A stretch of DNA of 64,000 bases from Eledone cirrhosa (taxonomy: Eukaryota), in NCBI GenBank assembly GCA_964016885.1, contig OZ024742.1:180234001-180298000 (forward strand), in the 5' to 3' direction. The first letter of the stretch is position 1. Each line of letters begins with the position of its first letter. Shown here piece after piece: positions 1 through 13,310 of the stretch. The position numbers and the translations under genes are program-made. The notes under the pieces were generated by a model. The model was not told the origin of the DNA. It ran no database searches and worked only from the letters and a program-made list of their open reading frames with translations.

Positions 1-1148
1 TAAGTTTCGCAAACAATTCATTATTTTTCATTTTTTATTTTTATATTTATTTTGTATCTAGCGCCTATCCTTAGACTCATGTAGTTTTGACTTATATATT
101 TATAGTATATATCAACGAAATGAACATTTCACAATAATTGATATAAAACATTAATTTTTAACAATATTTTCACTAACTTATTTACTATATTGTATTATTG
201 TATTATGTTATATATATTTGAAAGGTATCACCTTAAGTCTTTAGACATTATAATCCTTGTGTATTTTTTTATTAACACATATATATAATTAAAAATTCAG
301 ACTTCTTTAAGTTTAATTATAAGGCCTGTTGGTCCTTTAAGCACTCAAACTGTTAATCATAAATCCTTTAATAAGTATAACTATAATTATTTTATAAATT
401 ATATTATATAAACTGTTGTAAATATTATAAATAATTTTGGTAAAGATTACCTTTGTGGGGGTATAAAAGCATTATATATTTTCTTTCTCGTATTTCGTAA
501 ATCCTATAAATTTGATTTCATAAAATTTGAATTTTAGAAATTAAACTTGATAGTATAATATATTAATACAGATACCTATTAACTTTTAAAACCTAAAATA
601 TTACTCATTACTCTGAAATAACTTAAATTAAATATTTTGAATATTAACGGTCAACCAAATAAGTTTAGATATATATTGCATATATGGATAATTGTCTATA
701 AACTTGAACATAAATTATTCCTCGTTGTCTCTCTCTCTCTTTAATCATCTCTCATTTGTTTTTCGAGGCACCTACTAACTATATTATCCCATCAGCTGTT
801 TCTTCCTCTATGCTTTCCTTTCTTTCCTCTTTCTTCAGTAGTTTAGAAAAAGGATTTTTAACTGTTATATTGATGCCATGTATTGTTTTCAGCTGTATTA
901 CACGCACCCTCTCTATTGTATGTATTATATATTTTACTTATGTTCTCAATATTAGGGTATAAATATTGAGTTTTGTCATATATTACTCACTACCATGACT
1001 AAATCTTAACCATCTACTATGTCAGGGTATGTCATGCATCATCTTATGTTATCTGATGAGGACGTACTGTTGAACTTAACTCAGTGCCTCTGAAATATGT
1101 ATAATAAAATATACTTGATCACAAGAATATCTATTTTGTTAATATTTT
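1..1148 (+). mobile_element. Possible highly degenerate Penelope-like element 3' remnant ending in an HHR-bearing pseudo-LTR
   Basis: AT-rich, frame-broken sequence with faint resemblance to a PLE RT C-terminus near 60-300; HHR at 1046-1110; terminates in (TA)n. Protein similarity is weak. Confidence 0.35.
1046..1110 (+). ncRNA. Minimal type I hammerhead ribozyme motif
   Basis: Stem I ATGTTAT/ATAAAAT (one mismatch); CTGATGA 1053-1059; stem II GGACGTACTG/CAGTGCCTCT (9/10 pairs); GAAA 1092-1095; quasi-palindromic stem III ATATGTAT; predicted cleavage after 1103. Confidence 0.7.
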
Positions 1149-1475
1149 GAATTAATATTATATATATATATATATCACAGAAAAAATAGAATCAGTGTTG
1201 CGACGAAAGGAATTTATTGGACATATTACAATTGTTTCTCGGGCGACCAGCTCGAGGCACGATTGATGTGGTGATCAAACCTGACTCTAAAAATCGCGCG
1301 GCCCTTGGATATGTCTCGATTCTACGAAGCAGATTTTCCTATTGTCCTTTAACATCGAATTCCTTCGTTTGTTGATTCAGATCCTGTTGTTGTCATTCCA
1401 TGAGTGGTCAAGAATTTGTACACGTCACCGGTATATCTAGCCACTTATGGGTGCCCACAATATGGAGTATATATA

Positions 1476-4401
1476 TTTAGTGTTCTGTCAGACCCAGGAT
1501 TATTTACTTGAGTAAATATCACCGGAATCTAACTACTAATTTTTATACAGAAAAAAGATAAGATATATTTACAAAACACCATATCCAATTTTATTGTTTT
1601 CATTTTATTGTCTTCATTTTATTGTAAGTCCGTTATAATTGTTGTACACACATATCCTTGTACATATAGGTATAGTCCAAGCCCATGATTAACATGTTTT
1701 ATTGATGGAGTCGTGTGTGCATAAATGTTAGTTCATACCTGGAGTTATATGTTAGCAAACAGCAGTAAGAAAGGATCGGAATGCATGTCTATCTCTAGGC
1801 CCTTTGATGTGGGTCCCTAGGAAGATGTTATCTGTTCAAAGGAAAGCGCCAAAGAGAGATAGCTTGGCTGTGTTGCCACTATTTATAACCCCTTCCGGAA
1901 GTTTCAAAAGAGGGTTCTAGACTTTCGACGGGAAGTAACTCTAACTACTTCCCTGTCTAGAGAGCGCTACAAGACTCCACTCTCAGACGAGAAGTCGAAT
2001 GACCAAATGAAATCATTGTAGCGAGAACATGAGGAGAAAAACGAAAGGTACAAGAACATGAATTAATCAAACATGAGCAAGCAAATAACAAAAATAAGCA
2101 TAAAACAAGTAATGCAAAAATTAATGATAGATATCAAGGTAGCCAACCGCTCTTGGCCAGAGAACGACTGGACATCTATCTATCCATCACACGAAGATAC
2201 AATGTAACCAGCTTAAAAGAAGAGGTCAAAGGAGCAATGAAACGTGCTCGAACATAGTTATTAAAAAAAGTTCAAATGTTCAAAAATAAAGTTAACAGGT
2301 ATGTAAGCACATGACAGCAGGAAAGAGAGTGTGTCTTCAAGAGAATGTATGAAGGTAGTTTCTGGACTGTGGTACAACGTGATATTCCCAACCTCCGAAG
2401 GCGGTGGGATTTTCTCACAGGAAGAGAACTGCAAAAATAAATTCTCTAGTCGGTTCTGCTGGTTTTAGTTGTTGGTAGACCACGGATTAAGCTGTTGTTG
2501 TTGATGTTGTTGTCTCGCGGAGTGAGTTAGCCCTTTCGAAGTTGTTTCAATTCACAGTAAAAAGTTTCCCAGAAAAAATGAGTTGCGCAAAGTGCTAGAA
2601 ATAACAGCCAAAGTTGGTGGTCGATGTTGAGAACGCGTTGACCTGGATAAGTCAAGAGGCCAGCGACCATAGAAATAAGCATTCTGAATAAATGCGCAGT
2701 TTATGCGTGGTAAATTTTTAAACCGGCAAATAGGAGAATATAGCTTAAGGCTGGAGAATCCTTGGCAAGTAACATTATCTATGGCGTGTGTTATCTCATT
2801 GAGTCGAGATGTGTGCTCCCACACACGTGACGAAACAAGGTTAAAGTCAAGTTGAATAAAAAAAATATTTCTTTTGCGCGAGAAAATGGCGCGAAAATGA
2901 TAGTGAAACAGGTCGTTGGCAGCCATTTTGAAAAATTTGTGTGTGAACGTGATAATATGATGAAAAAGAAGGAAAGGATATATTCACTTTGTATAACAAA
3001 TATTGCGAGAGTTCAATTTTTTTGTGAAAGTGATGAAAAAGTAGCGGAAAAGGCTTAGTTGAATGAGTAAGCGAGCTGTGATGTTCATCAAAATTGACAT
3101 GTTGAATATAAGAATACAGGAGTCCAAGTCTTTTTTGAGTGTTCGTTGTGAGAAGAACGAAGGATATATCCACATTTAAACGATGTAAGCACGTGAGTTT
3201 GGTGTTTGTTTGTTTCGGAGAAAAAAAAATTACTTCTACTTTTCGTTGTAGACAGTGTCGGAGAAAAAATCCAATGTTGTTAGAGGAATTTTGTTGTCCG
3301 AAATAGCGTCACGTAAGTGAGAAAAAGATTGTCCAACCGAAAAGTTCTACGTGTGTCTGTGTGTTCGTTTCATCTGCCTGCGCGAATCAACAGTTCAATA
3401 AGTCATTCGATGTCACCATTAAAGCGAATGGCGAAATTAAATAGGCTTCGTTTACTTGATTTATCGTCGGAGTTCACCACTTTAGAAGAAATATGGTTAT
3501 CGGTTATAAAGGACAGCTAGTCAATGTCCGATGGGAATATCTTCTATTTTTTATATGTTATGACTCCATTGAATTCACTGAAAGTTATTGGTATCAGAGT
3601 AAAAAGAACAGAGCTTATCAACGTAACAAATGTTTTATTATTTTAACTGCCGCACATGTGGTTTAACTTCCGCGAATCAGGCAATGACAACACATTTGAA
3701 AGAAAATTAGTTGTATTTTCAAAAATACATACGCACGTAGTGGTAACATGAATGGTTGAAGTGATGTAACACGGAGGATGCAAAATGGCGGATACAAAAA
3801 CGAAGGCTGTGTTGAAAACGAAAATACGAGGTGCAAACATTTTTTTTTTCTTTATGCGTATCCGGGAATTATCATTCTTTTTTTTTTTTTCGTTGGTGTT
3901 TCTGTACGTCGGGTCACCATTTTAGTGTTCTGTCAGACCCAGGATTATTTACTTGAGTAAATATCACCGGAATCTAACTACTAATTTTTATACAGAAAAA
4001 GATAAGATATATTTACAAAACACCATATCGAATACAAGTCTTCATTTTATTGTAACTCCCTTATAATCGTTGTACACAAATATCCTTGTACATATTTAGG
4101 TATAGTCCAAGCCCGTGATTAACATGTTTTATTGATGGAGTCGTGTGTGCATAAATGTTAGTTCATACCTGGAGTTATATGTTAGCAAACAGCAGTAAGA
4201 AAGGATCGGAATGCATGTCTATCTCTAGGCCCTTTGATGTGGGTCCCTAGGAAGATGTTATCTGTTCAAAGGAAAGCGCCAAAGAGAGATAGCTTGGCTG
4301 TATTGCCGCTATTTATAACCTCTTTCCGGAAGTTGCAAAAGAGGGTTCTAGACTTTCGACAGAAGTAACTCTAACTAATTCCCTGTCTAGAGAGCGCTAC
4401 A
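1476..4401 (-). mobile_element. Non-autonomous LTR retrotransposon (Ty3/Gypsy-like, LARD/TRIM-type)
   Basis: Direct repeats 1476-1971 and 3921-4401 read TGTAG...CTAAA on minus; PBS TGGTGACCCGACGT (tRNA-Trp-like) just inside the 5' LTR; purine tract GAGAGTGGAG before the 3' LTR; TATAAAT and AATAAA in the LTR; TATA 4-bp TSD (in TA context); no internal pol ORF. Confidence 0.88.
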
Positions 4402-4419
4402 TATATATATATACTCCAT

Positions 4420-5145
4420 ATGGTGTATACAATGTAAATCATGGTCACACAAGTGATGTAGTGGGATAATGGGTAAACCAACAGGAAGGGAAGATGCATA
4501 GGAGAAATGAAAGGGAAGAGCGGTAGTGATATAAACTTCTTCAAGTCACAGGAAGGGTCCATAGAAGTGGATGACAGACAGATTCTATCTAGGTGACTTA
4601 ATCAGCAGTGGAGAAGGGTGCTCTGTGAGCATAATAGCTAGAATAAGGATAGGATGGAAAGGTTTAGAGAGCTACTTCTCCCACTATTGATAACAAAAGG
4701 TTTCTCCCTACCTACAAAAACACAACTCTATGATGCCTGTGTGTGAAGTATGATGCTGCATAGCAATGAAACATGGACAGCATTGAAATGAAACAGCATT
4801 GCTTTGTGGGATATGCAATGTAAATGTGAGAGAAAGGTAGATGAACTGAGAGAGAAACTGGGTCTATCAGGAATCCGAGGTGGTGTGCAAGAGAGAACAC
4901 TGGATGGGTAGGAGCAGGTGATGTGCATGTACGATGATCGATGGGTGAAGGGGTGCCAGGAAATGCCAGTGGATGGAAGCCACAATAGAGGTAGACCATG
5001 AAAGACCTGGGCTGAGGTGGTGAAAGTTGACCTCAAATCGCTGAGGAGATGATGAAGAAATACGACGAGTTGAGAGAAGCTTTGTTGAAAAATTACATGC
5101 CAACTCATGCCAGTCTAGAAAAACGTAAACATGATGATGATGATA
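4420..5145 (+). mobile_element. RTE-clade LINE 3' fragment, degenerate
   Basis: Broken frames reading YLGDLISS..ARIRIGW..RGRP.KTW; (GAT)n tail. Confidence 0.8.
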
Positions 5146-5291
5146 TATGTATATAGTGGGCACTTTAGGTTAATATGATGCCAGAGGCACAAAAGCCAAT
5201 GCAATTTTTCAATCTTGCTACATATAAAACTGCTCAATGATAATGCTGCTACATGTATGGATAATTTGTTTCAGAGAAGATATAGAGTGAG

Positions 5292-5292
<1 letters not shown>

Positions 5293-5371
<79 letters not shown>

Positions 5372-5818
5372 ATATATACATATGTGTGTATATATGTATA
5401 TATGAATGTGTATATACATATGTGAGTATATATATATATATATGTGTGTATATACATATGTGAGTATATATATATATATATGTGTGTATATACATATGTG
5501 AGTATATATATATATATGTGTGTATATACATATGTGAGTATATATATATATATATATATATGTGTGTATATACATATGTGAATATATATATATATATATA
5601 TATGTGTGTATATACATATGTGGGTATATATATATATATATATTTCTGTATATACATATGTGTGTATATATATATATGTATGTATATATATATATATGCG
5701 TGTATATATATATATATGTGTGTGTATATATATGTGTATATATATGTGTGTATATATATATATATATGTATACATATATATATGTATACATATATATATA
5801 TATGTATACATATATATC
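5293..5818. repeat. Compound (TA)n/(TG)n microsatellite
   Basis: Directly visible; source of YI/HT pseudo-ORFs. Confidence 0.98.
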
Positions 5819-6221
5819 CAAAATTAAAATTAAGGGTTGTCATGTTTGAGAGACATGCGCCATATCCACCGTAGAATAAGGTCAAAGATTAGATCCGAGC
5901 ATTACATATCAACTAGAAATAGATTGACATATAAAATAAATACATGAAACAATCAAAGGGAATAATTTGTAAAGAATGTAGGCGCACATAGCTAGGTAGG
6001 TAACAAATTAAAGTTTGACTAGAACTTCAAATATAGATACCTTTTTAAATGATTAATCTCCTTTGTATATATTTCTTTAAGTAAGAAATATATTTCACCT
6101 ATTAATCCGTAAATCGCAGCAGTTAAATTCTTGGATGCTCGCCAAAGGAGAAGAAAAAATAACCATCTGTGTTTACAAAGCAAATACAAATCTGTGAATG
6201 ATTCGAACCACGTGTTGCATT

Positions 6222-8206
6222 TGTAGTATCCTACATTCCGCGGGCTCACATACATTCTCTGTGCGTGACTTGGCTCAGCTCAGCCAATCAGCACCAGCAG
6301 AAGAGAATGTATCCCTACGCGCCCTTAGGGAGAAATTCACCGCGAGGTTTTGAAGAATCTGCTCTCGCATCCTGACAATGGGATAGTAAGGACCACTTGG
6401 TCTCCTGCTGCTTGAACGCCGACTAACATATACTTCTACCAAACTGATTACTCGTGGCGCTACTAACTATAACACAATTAACTGCTTAAATTGGTGACCT
6501 GACGTGATGAATATTGTAAATACAGAATATTTCTTTTAAAATAAAAAATAAAAAATTAGCAGTATTTAAAATAATTTTCGCCACGAGGAAATTTCAAAAT
6601 GGCTACCACCAGCCATCAGCAGCAACTGACGCATCATAGTGACACCTTTGTGGTTTTACCACTACGGTGACTGCCACAGCTTTGACACGGATACAATAAC
6701 AATTTCGGCACCATCAACAGCAGCGCCTACGACAACATTTTTGAAAGAAAAAAATTAGCTATATTTTCCAAATTATAGCCCGGAGACATTTCTTTTTCTT
6801 TCGTTACGGCTTTCTGCAATACAAACAAGCAAAACACCAAACTCGCGTGGTGACTCTCAGCTTTTCGGCTTGCGACTTCGATTTACCGTGACTTTGCTTT
6901 GATAACAACAACTCTACTAGATTCCTAGTTAGAGCGATTACAAAGAAATGTTAAGGAAAAGAAAAAGCGAACTTTTTGTTAAAAAAATAAAAACAATTCA
7001 TTCTTTCTTTCTATTTTTACAGGCAATGTTCGGACATTTATTCTTTTAGAACGGCATTATATGAAAATTCATTTTTTTTATCATTGTATATATGACTGCA
7101 TCATTTTCTTTATCATTGCGTATATGACTGCACCCACACATTCTTTCCTGTATTACATGCCTGCATATGCACACATATTGCTTTGACACACACACCAACA
7201 TGTTGTTGCCTTAGTAAATGATCTTCAAGCGTTGTAATATTCTGCGAGATCCCTTCTCACTTTGTGGGGACACCAAACATGCTGTCGACACTTTGCAGCT
7301 TGGTTCACCTGAACTCAAACTGCACCGCAACACAAGAATGCTAATTGCAGCTGGACTCAAGCAGTTTCGCATCTCGTTGCACACTCATCGTCCATAACAA
7401 CCTCCATCTTGTTACTTTACCCGACTCACTGGGAAAACAATAAATGGAACTGGACCTGTCAGCATTTCCACCATTTCTCCTATGGATTCGCCAGAGTTAT
7501 GGAATTTACATTTCAACTACTACCCACCTACAGATTCAACTTGTTTCTTTATTTTCAAGCAACCATCCATTTTTTCCTGGCTGCCTAGCACTTTCGGCAA
7601 TACATCTGGGAGGCCGACATTTTCTCGCCTACCCATCATCTTCTTGCCAGCACTGGTAAACTACCATAATGGCTTCATCCACAGCTACTGGTACAACACT
7701 TACCATTAACATTTAATGCAAGAACAGCAACTTCGTCCATGTCAGACTTTGTCCCTTTTCTGTTAGACCCTTGGTGGTCACGTATAAATAGCAAAACAGC
7801 TAGTCATTTGACACAGCGGCTCAACACGGCCCTTGCATGTATTCCTTTGTTCAATGTTTTCATTGATGTGCTCTTTCAGCATTTTCCCCTGCTGATTCAA
7901 TAATCTGTATCGTCTTACGACTAGAGGGAGAGTATTGTAGTGACCTACATTCCGCGGGCTCACATACATTTTCGGTGTGCGACTTGGCTCAGCTCAGCCA
8001 ATCAGCACCAGCAGAAGAGAATGTATCCCTACGCACCCTGAGAGAGAAATTCCCCGCGAGGTTTTGAAGAATCTGCCCTCGCATCAATGGGATAGTAAAG
8101 ACCACTTGGTCTCTTGCTGCTTGAACGCCGACAATATGACTAACATATACTTCTACCAAACTGATTACTCGTGGCATTACTAACTATAACACAATTAACT
8201 GCTAAA
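6222..8206 (+). mobile_element. Non-autonomous LTR retrotransposon (Ty3/Gypsy-like)
   Basis: LTRs 6222-6490 and 7936-8206 (TGTAG...CTAAA; 5' LTR ends TTAAA); PBS TGGTGACCTGACGTGAT 6492-6508 (tRNA-Trp); PPT AGAGGGAGAG before 7936; CATT TSD at 6218-6221 and 8207-8210; faint gag-like FPPF..SPELW near 7460-7500. Confidence 0.92.
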
Positions 8207-8344
8207 CATTTTTTTAAAAATACACTCGTTGAACAACGTCATCCCAGTGGCGTGAATAGGATCATCGACAGCAGGAAATAGCAGCCGAGCCTATTCAACT
8301 GAATTAGCTGAACAATCAAGGGGCCGTATATATACCCAAAATTA

Positions 8345-8946
8345 TATGTAAACATATATATATATATATATGTATATATATATGTGTGTATATATATGTA
8401 TATATATATATATATGTATATATATATGTGTGTATATATGTGTGTATATATATATATGTATATATATGTATACATATATATGTGTATGTATATATATTTA
8501 TACATATATATGTGTATATATATATATGTATATATCTATATATGTGTATATATATGTATACATATGTGTATATATATATGTATACATATGTGTATATATA
8601 TATGTATATATATATGTGTATATATATATGTGTATATATATGTATATATATATGTGTGTATATATATATATGTGTGTATATATATGTATACATATATATA
8701 TATGTATACATATATATATGTGTATATATATGTATACATATATATGTGTATATATATGTATATATATATATGTGTATATATATGTATACATATATATATG
8801 TGTATATATATGTATACATATATATATATGTGTATATATATGTATACATATATATATGTGTATATATATGTATACATATATATATATGTATACATATATA
8901 TATGTGTATATATATGTATATAAATATATGTGTATATATATATATA
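8345..8946. repeat. Compound (TA)n/(TG)n microsatellite
   Basis: Directly visible. Confidence 0.98.
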
Positions 8947-9213
8947 GTATAACTGAACAAAAAAGAAAAACGAACACAGACATACATGTAAGTGTTCAAA
9001 TCGTAATGGACAGGAAACGCTAAGGTGAAAAAAAATACTAACTACAGACAATAGGGTTTGCTAGACTCAATTTAAGAATAAATCAAGAAAATAAATACAA
9101 ACTAGTACTGGTTTGTATTTTTTTTCCACCTTAACGTTTCTGGTCCATTACAATTTGAACACATACATGTATATGTCTGTGTTCGTTTTTCTTTTTTGTT
9201 CAGTTATACTATA
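8943..9213. repeat. Long inverted repeat (~96-bp arms)
   Basis: 8943-9038 is the near reverse complement of 9115-9213; abuts (TA)n. Confidence 0.9.
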
Positions 9214-9294
9214 CGTCTCGGAAAAACCTTTTTCCTAGAGCTAATTTTACTGTAATGAGACTATTTTGAGTTTCTAACTCAATACATGCTTTTG

Positions 9295-9326
<32 letters not shown>

Positions 9327-9400
9327 ATATATACACCGGCCGAAATACGATTCTCGCTGAATTTATATTTATATATATATATATATTTGAATGTATATAC

Positions 9401-9560
9401 TGTTTCTACTTTTGGCACAAGGCCAGCAATTACCCAGTATATTACTGGCACTTTATTTTATCGACCCCGTAAGGATAAAAGGCAAAGTTAAATATGTGTA
9501 TATTGGACCAGGCGATGCGTTATGTCCTTGAGCAAGACACTTTATTTCACGTTGCTCCTT
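9401..9560. mobile_element. Truncated SINE family A (minus) next to a CORE-type SINE fragment (plus)
   Basis: Matches other copies in the window (TGTTTCTACTTTTGGCACAAGGCC; TGTCCTTGAGCAAGACACTTTATTTCAC). Confidence 0.8.
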
Positions 9561-9686
9561 CTACCTGGAGTTGCGACCGATAGATAGTATTAGCAATTGG
9601 AAAGACCAACGGAAACATTGTTCCCTCGGTCCGATTCGACGAAAGTCGATCGTTCCCATATATATATATATGTGTGTGTATATATC

Positions 9687-9740
<54 letters not shown>

Positions 9741-10149
9741 CACCCTCATCATAATTTAACGTCCATTTTCCTATATATAAGCCAAAATGAAAATCAAATT
9801 ATAGAGAAAAAAATTAACCTTTCACATTTGAATCAGTGAAACAGAATCATTTCTGCACCAAACGATTGTCTCTCACTCTTAGACAAAAATATTTCTAGAA
9901 ATGTATACAACCATGTGTTTACAACATTCCAGTTCCACTAAAATTGATGCTTTCTTTCACACTTAATCAGTAATTATTCTAGCTACTGCTGCTGTTGATG
10001 TTGTTGTTGTTACTCTTGTTGATACTGTCTGTATGGGTTTGAAGAACAGTATAGATTTATTTCATCAGACAAAACATTTTATTACTATTTCTAATCTCAA
10101 ACGTGCTATCTTTATTAGGTGGTAAGCTCTCTCATATGATGTAAATAAT

Positions 10150-10410
10150 TGTTAAATATCCAGTCTATATCTTAAAGACAGCCATCTGTCTTATGTTGTA
10201 AAATTATTAATATATCTTGCTTGTATTTTAAACGCAGCAATCTGTTTTGTATTGTAAACGTATTAACATATCTGGTCTATATTTTAAAGATAGCAAGTTG
10301 TCTTAAGAAATAAATGTCTTCAAATATCTGGTTTAAAGACAGTAATCTATCTTATGTTGTACTGGTATTACCATATCTGGTCTATATTTTAAAGACAGCA
10401 ACTGTGTTTC
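10150..10410. repeat. Degenerate ~55-bp minisatellite
   Basis: Recurrent ATATCTGGTCTATATTTTAAAGACAGCAA unit. Confidence 0.7.
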
Positions 10411-11445
10411 TCTCTGCAAATGATATTTATGATACCACATATTTTTCATTAATACTATTTCATCTAAAAACATTGGAAAGAAAACTTTCTAGGAGCTCTG
10501 TAAAATAATATAATGTTAACATGGTTTCATAGCATTCCATGGCTAAAATACATATGTAATTAGTAGCTTTGTTTCTATGTTGATCTCTATTCTTCCGAGT
10601 ACTAATGCTTAGGGGAAATCACTTTCCACACTTCAATTACATTGCAACATCGATAACTGATTGACCCAAGGTATCTTTGCTGTTAAAAATGTTCCATTTC
10701 TCTTATGCTGTAAATTAGACAAAATATCTAACCTACTCTTTAATGATGGCAGCTACCTCATAATGTGAATAACATAAAATGTCTGGTCTCTGCTCTTTAT
10801 TTTAATGATAGCAAGATCTCTGTAGACAATAGGAAATTTTTTTGTGGGAAGTTTTGCTCTTACTCATAAGTAAATTGAGAACCTACATAGAATAGGGTTT
10901 CCCAATATTTTACCATCATGGCCCATTTTGGCAATTCTATAATAGTGCTCAGTAAGAGCTAGTTGGCCTAGAGACAGAAGACACTCTAGAGAAGGCAAGT
11001 ATGGAAGTTGAAAGATTACTTATTTAAACAAGTGTTCACATATTGGAAAGTCTGTAGCTTTTTGACCCCAATTTCTTTTTTAAATATTCAAATAAAAAAC
11101 TGTTTTCCAAGATTTTATTAAAATTAAGTTTTGAAATAATGTGCCTACTGATACCTCCTGCATAGCACATATGTGATATCACAGTGTATAACTCTGTCTG
11201 GAGCAAATTTCAGCCATCCATCCTTCTAAAATGTATTGAGTTTATTAATTGACTGGCTAAGATGCTAAAAGCATGCCAACAGTAGACTTGCACCATCTCA
11301 ACCAGCTGATCCACTAATGATGGCTCAAACACCAACACCACAACAGCTACTTTGATCACTGTCTTCTTAATTCCCCATCACTGCATCAACACCACAACAA
11401 CAACTTTGGTCACCACTGTCTTCATACTCCACTATCACTACTAAT

Positions 11446-11803
11446 AATTGTTTCTACTTTTGGCACAAGGCCAGCAATTTCCCAGTGCATTACTGGTACT
11501 TTATTTTATCGACTCCCGTAAGGATAAAAGGCAAAGTTAACCTCGGCGGGATTTGAACTCCATGCGTCAAAGCATCTAACACTACTAATAATGATTTTTG
11601 ATTTAGGCACAAGGCCACCAATTTTTTGTGGAGGGGCAAGTCGATTAAATCAACGCCTGTGTATTACTGGGGCTTTATTTTATCGACCCAGTAATGATGG
11701 AAAGCAAAGCTAAAGTCGGCAGGATTTGAACTCAGAACATAAAGGGACGTAACTCTATGCTGCAAATCATGGTGTCTGATGCTCTACTAATACTGCCAAT
11801 TCA
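11446..11803 (-). mobile_element. Two tandem tRNA-derived SINEs (family A and variant)
   Basis: B-box GAGTTCAAATCC and GCCTTTCATCC...GGGTCGATAAAATAAAGTACCAG body on minus. Confidence 0.85.
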
Positions 11804-12104
11804 CCATCACTGCTTATAATGACAAATGGAATACAAGAGAAGTGGCAACTGCACTAGAAGAAATGTTATTGACACCAAGAACAACATCAATAACTTCACA
11901 CCACATGCTCAGCTATCAGTGATGGTTTCAGCACTGCCAAACTAATGACTAGTGGTTATGTAACATTTTAGATTTTATCAAAGTTCAGAACCACAGGCAT
12001 AACACCTCTTTCATTGGCTTGATTTGTGTTACTCTTGCTTTTATTGGTATTCAATAGCATTGGTACTGTTATTGAAATTGTTACTCTGAATATTTTTTTA
12101 TTTT

Positions 12105-12400
12105 GAATAGATACACTATCTCTGTATGTATCTAGTTTAGAATTGGCACACATTATCCCTGTGTGTAATCAGTTTAGAACAGATACACTGTTTCTCTGTC
12201 TGTATCTGATTTAGAACAGATACACTGTATCCCTGTGTGTATCTGGTTTAGAACAGATACACTATGTCCCTGTGTGTAGCCAATTTATTATATGTAGATT
12301 GTATCCCCGTATTTATCTACTTTCAAATAGATAATGATATCTCAGTATGTTTCCTGTTTAGAATACGTACCTAATATCCATATGTGTATCCAGTTCAGAA
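12105..12400 (-). repeat. ~36-bp minisatellite, reverse complement of the array at 23935-24535
   Basis: Unit TTTAGAACAGATACACTGTATCCCTGTGTGTATCTGG. Confidence 0.85.
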
Positions 12401-13046
12401 AAGATTTTTGTGTGTTGTAAGAGGTGACTAAAGGGGTTAGTGCTAAGAGAGGCATTGAGCTTTAAAACGTCCCCAAAAAAGTATTCCATTTTTGAGAAAA
12501 CTGTCATAGGGTCTGCAAAGCTAACCCCTGTTTTCACAAGGAAAATAGCCAAAAAATGCTTATTACTGTACGTAGTTGTTGAATATTTTCTGGTAGGAAT
12601 CTTGTGTAAAATTTGAAAAACTGCTGTCCAAGGTTTTAAGATTTTGAAGATGTGATCCATATTATAAATTCACTAAATAGAAGGCTGAAAGTGATTTAGA
12701 TTCTATATTGAATGACCGATCAGGTCATGTGCACTTTCTTAATTAGTACGTCCCTGATTGACTCCTATTCACATCAGCTCTTGGTGTATTTTGATTAAAT
12801 ATTGTAAAAGTCGGTTTATTTGTATTGGACACAAAAGAAAATGTTTTCATCAGAACATTTTGACAGTTCATACCCAACATTGACGGGAATAGAAAGAGAG
12901 GTGTGAGAATGTATTTACATGTATATATACATAAAGACATACAAACACACACACACACATATATATATATAAAGAGTGAGAGAGATTATACATGTGTTAG
13001 ATAAGTGAGAGAACCAGAGATATAAAGAATGGAAGAGTTATATAGA

Positions 13047-13310
13047 TCATCATCATCATTACTATTTTATGTCCATTCTTCCACGCTAGCATGGGTTAGA
13101 CAGGTTGTCCTTTTGTGGGTAATGCCAGGTCAGGTGACCATGTCATGCTCATACAGAACTGATTTTCGCTTGATTTCTACAGCTAGATGCCCTTCCTAAC
13201 ACCAACCTCATTTAGAGTGAGTACTAAGTGCGTTTTACCGTGGCGCCTACGTGACCACTTTACTGTGTGAACTGGGTGTTTTTTTGTCATGACACCTACA
13301 TGACCACCTA
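13047..13310 (-). mobile_element. RTE-tail SINE (family C)
   Basis: GTTGGYGTTAGGAAGGGCATCYAGCTGTAGAAA motif and (GAT)n tail; related copies near 16590-16780(-), 22805-23010(-), 25010-25220(+), 28880-29085(+), 42280-42520(+). Confidence 0.8.

Noticed and set aside
2552-3700. Possible RT-like words (FNGV.TYK, RFNGDI) inside the first LTR element
   Set aside because: Isolated short matches with stops and no ordered motif series.
5215-9051. Long YI/HT/CV-rich ORFs (also near 23124, 25935 and 33377)
   Set aside because: Translations of TA/TG microsatellites, which lack stop codons.
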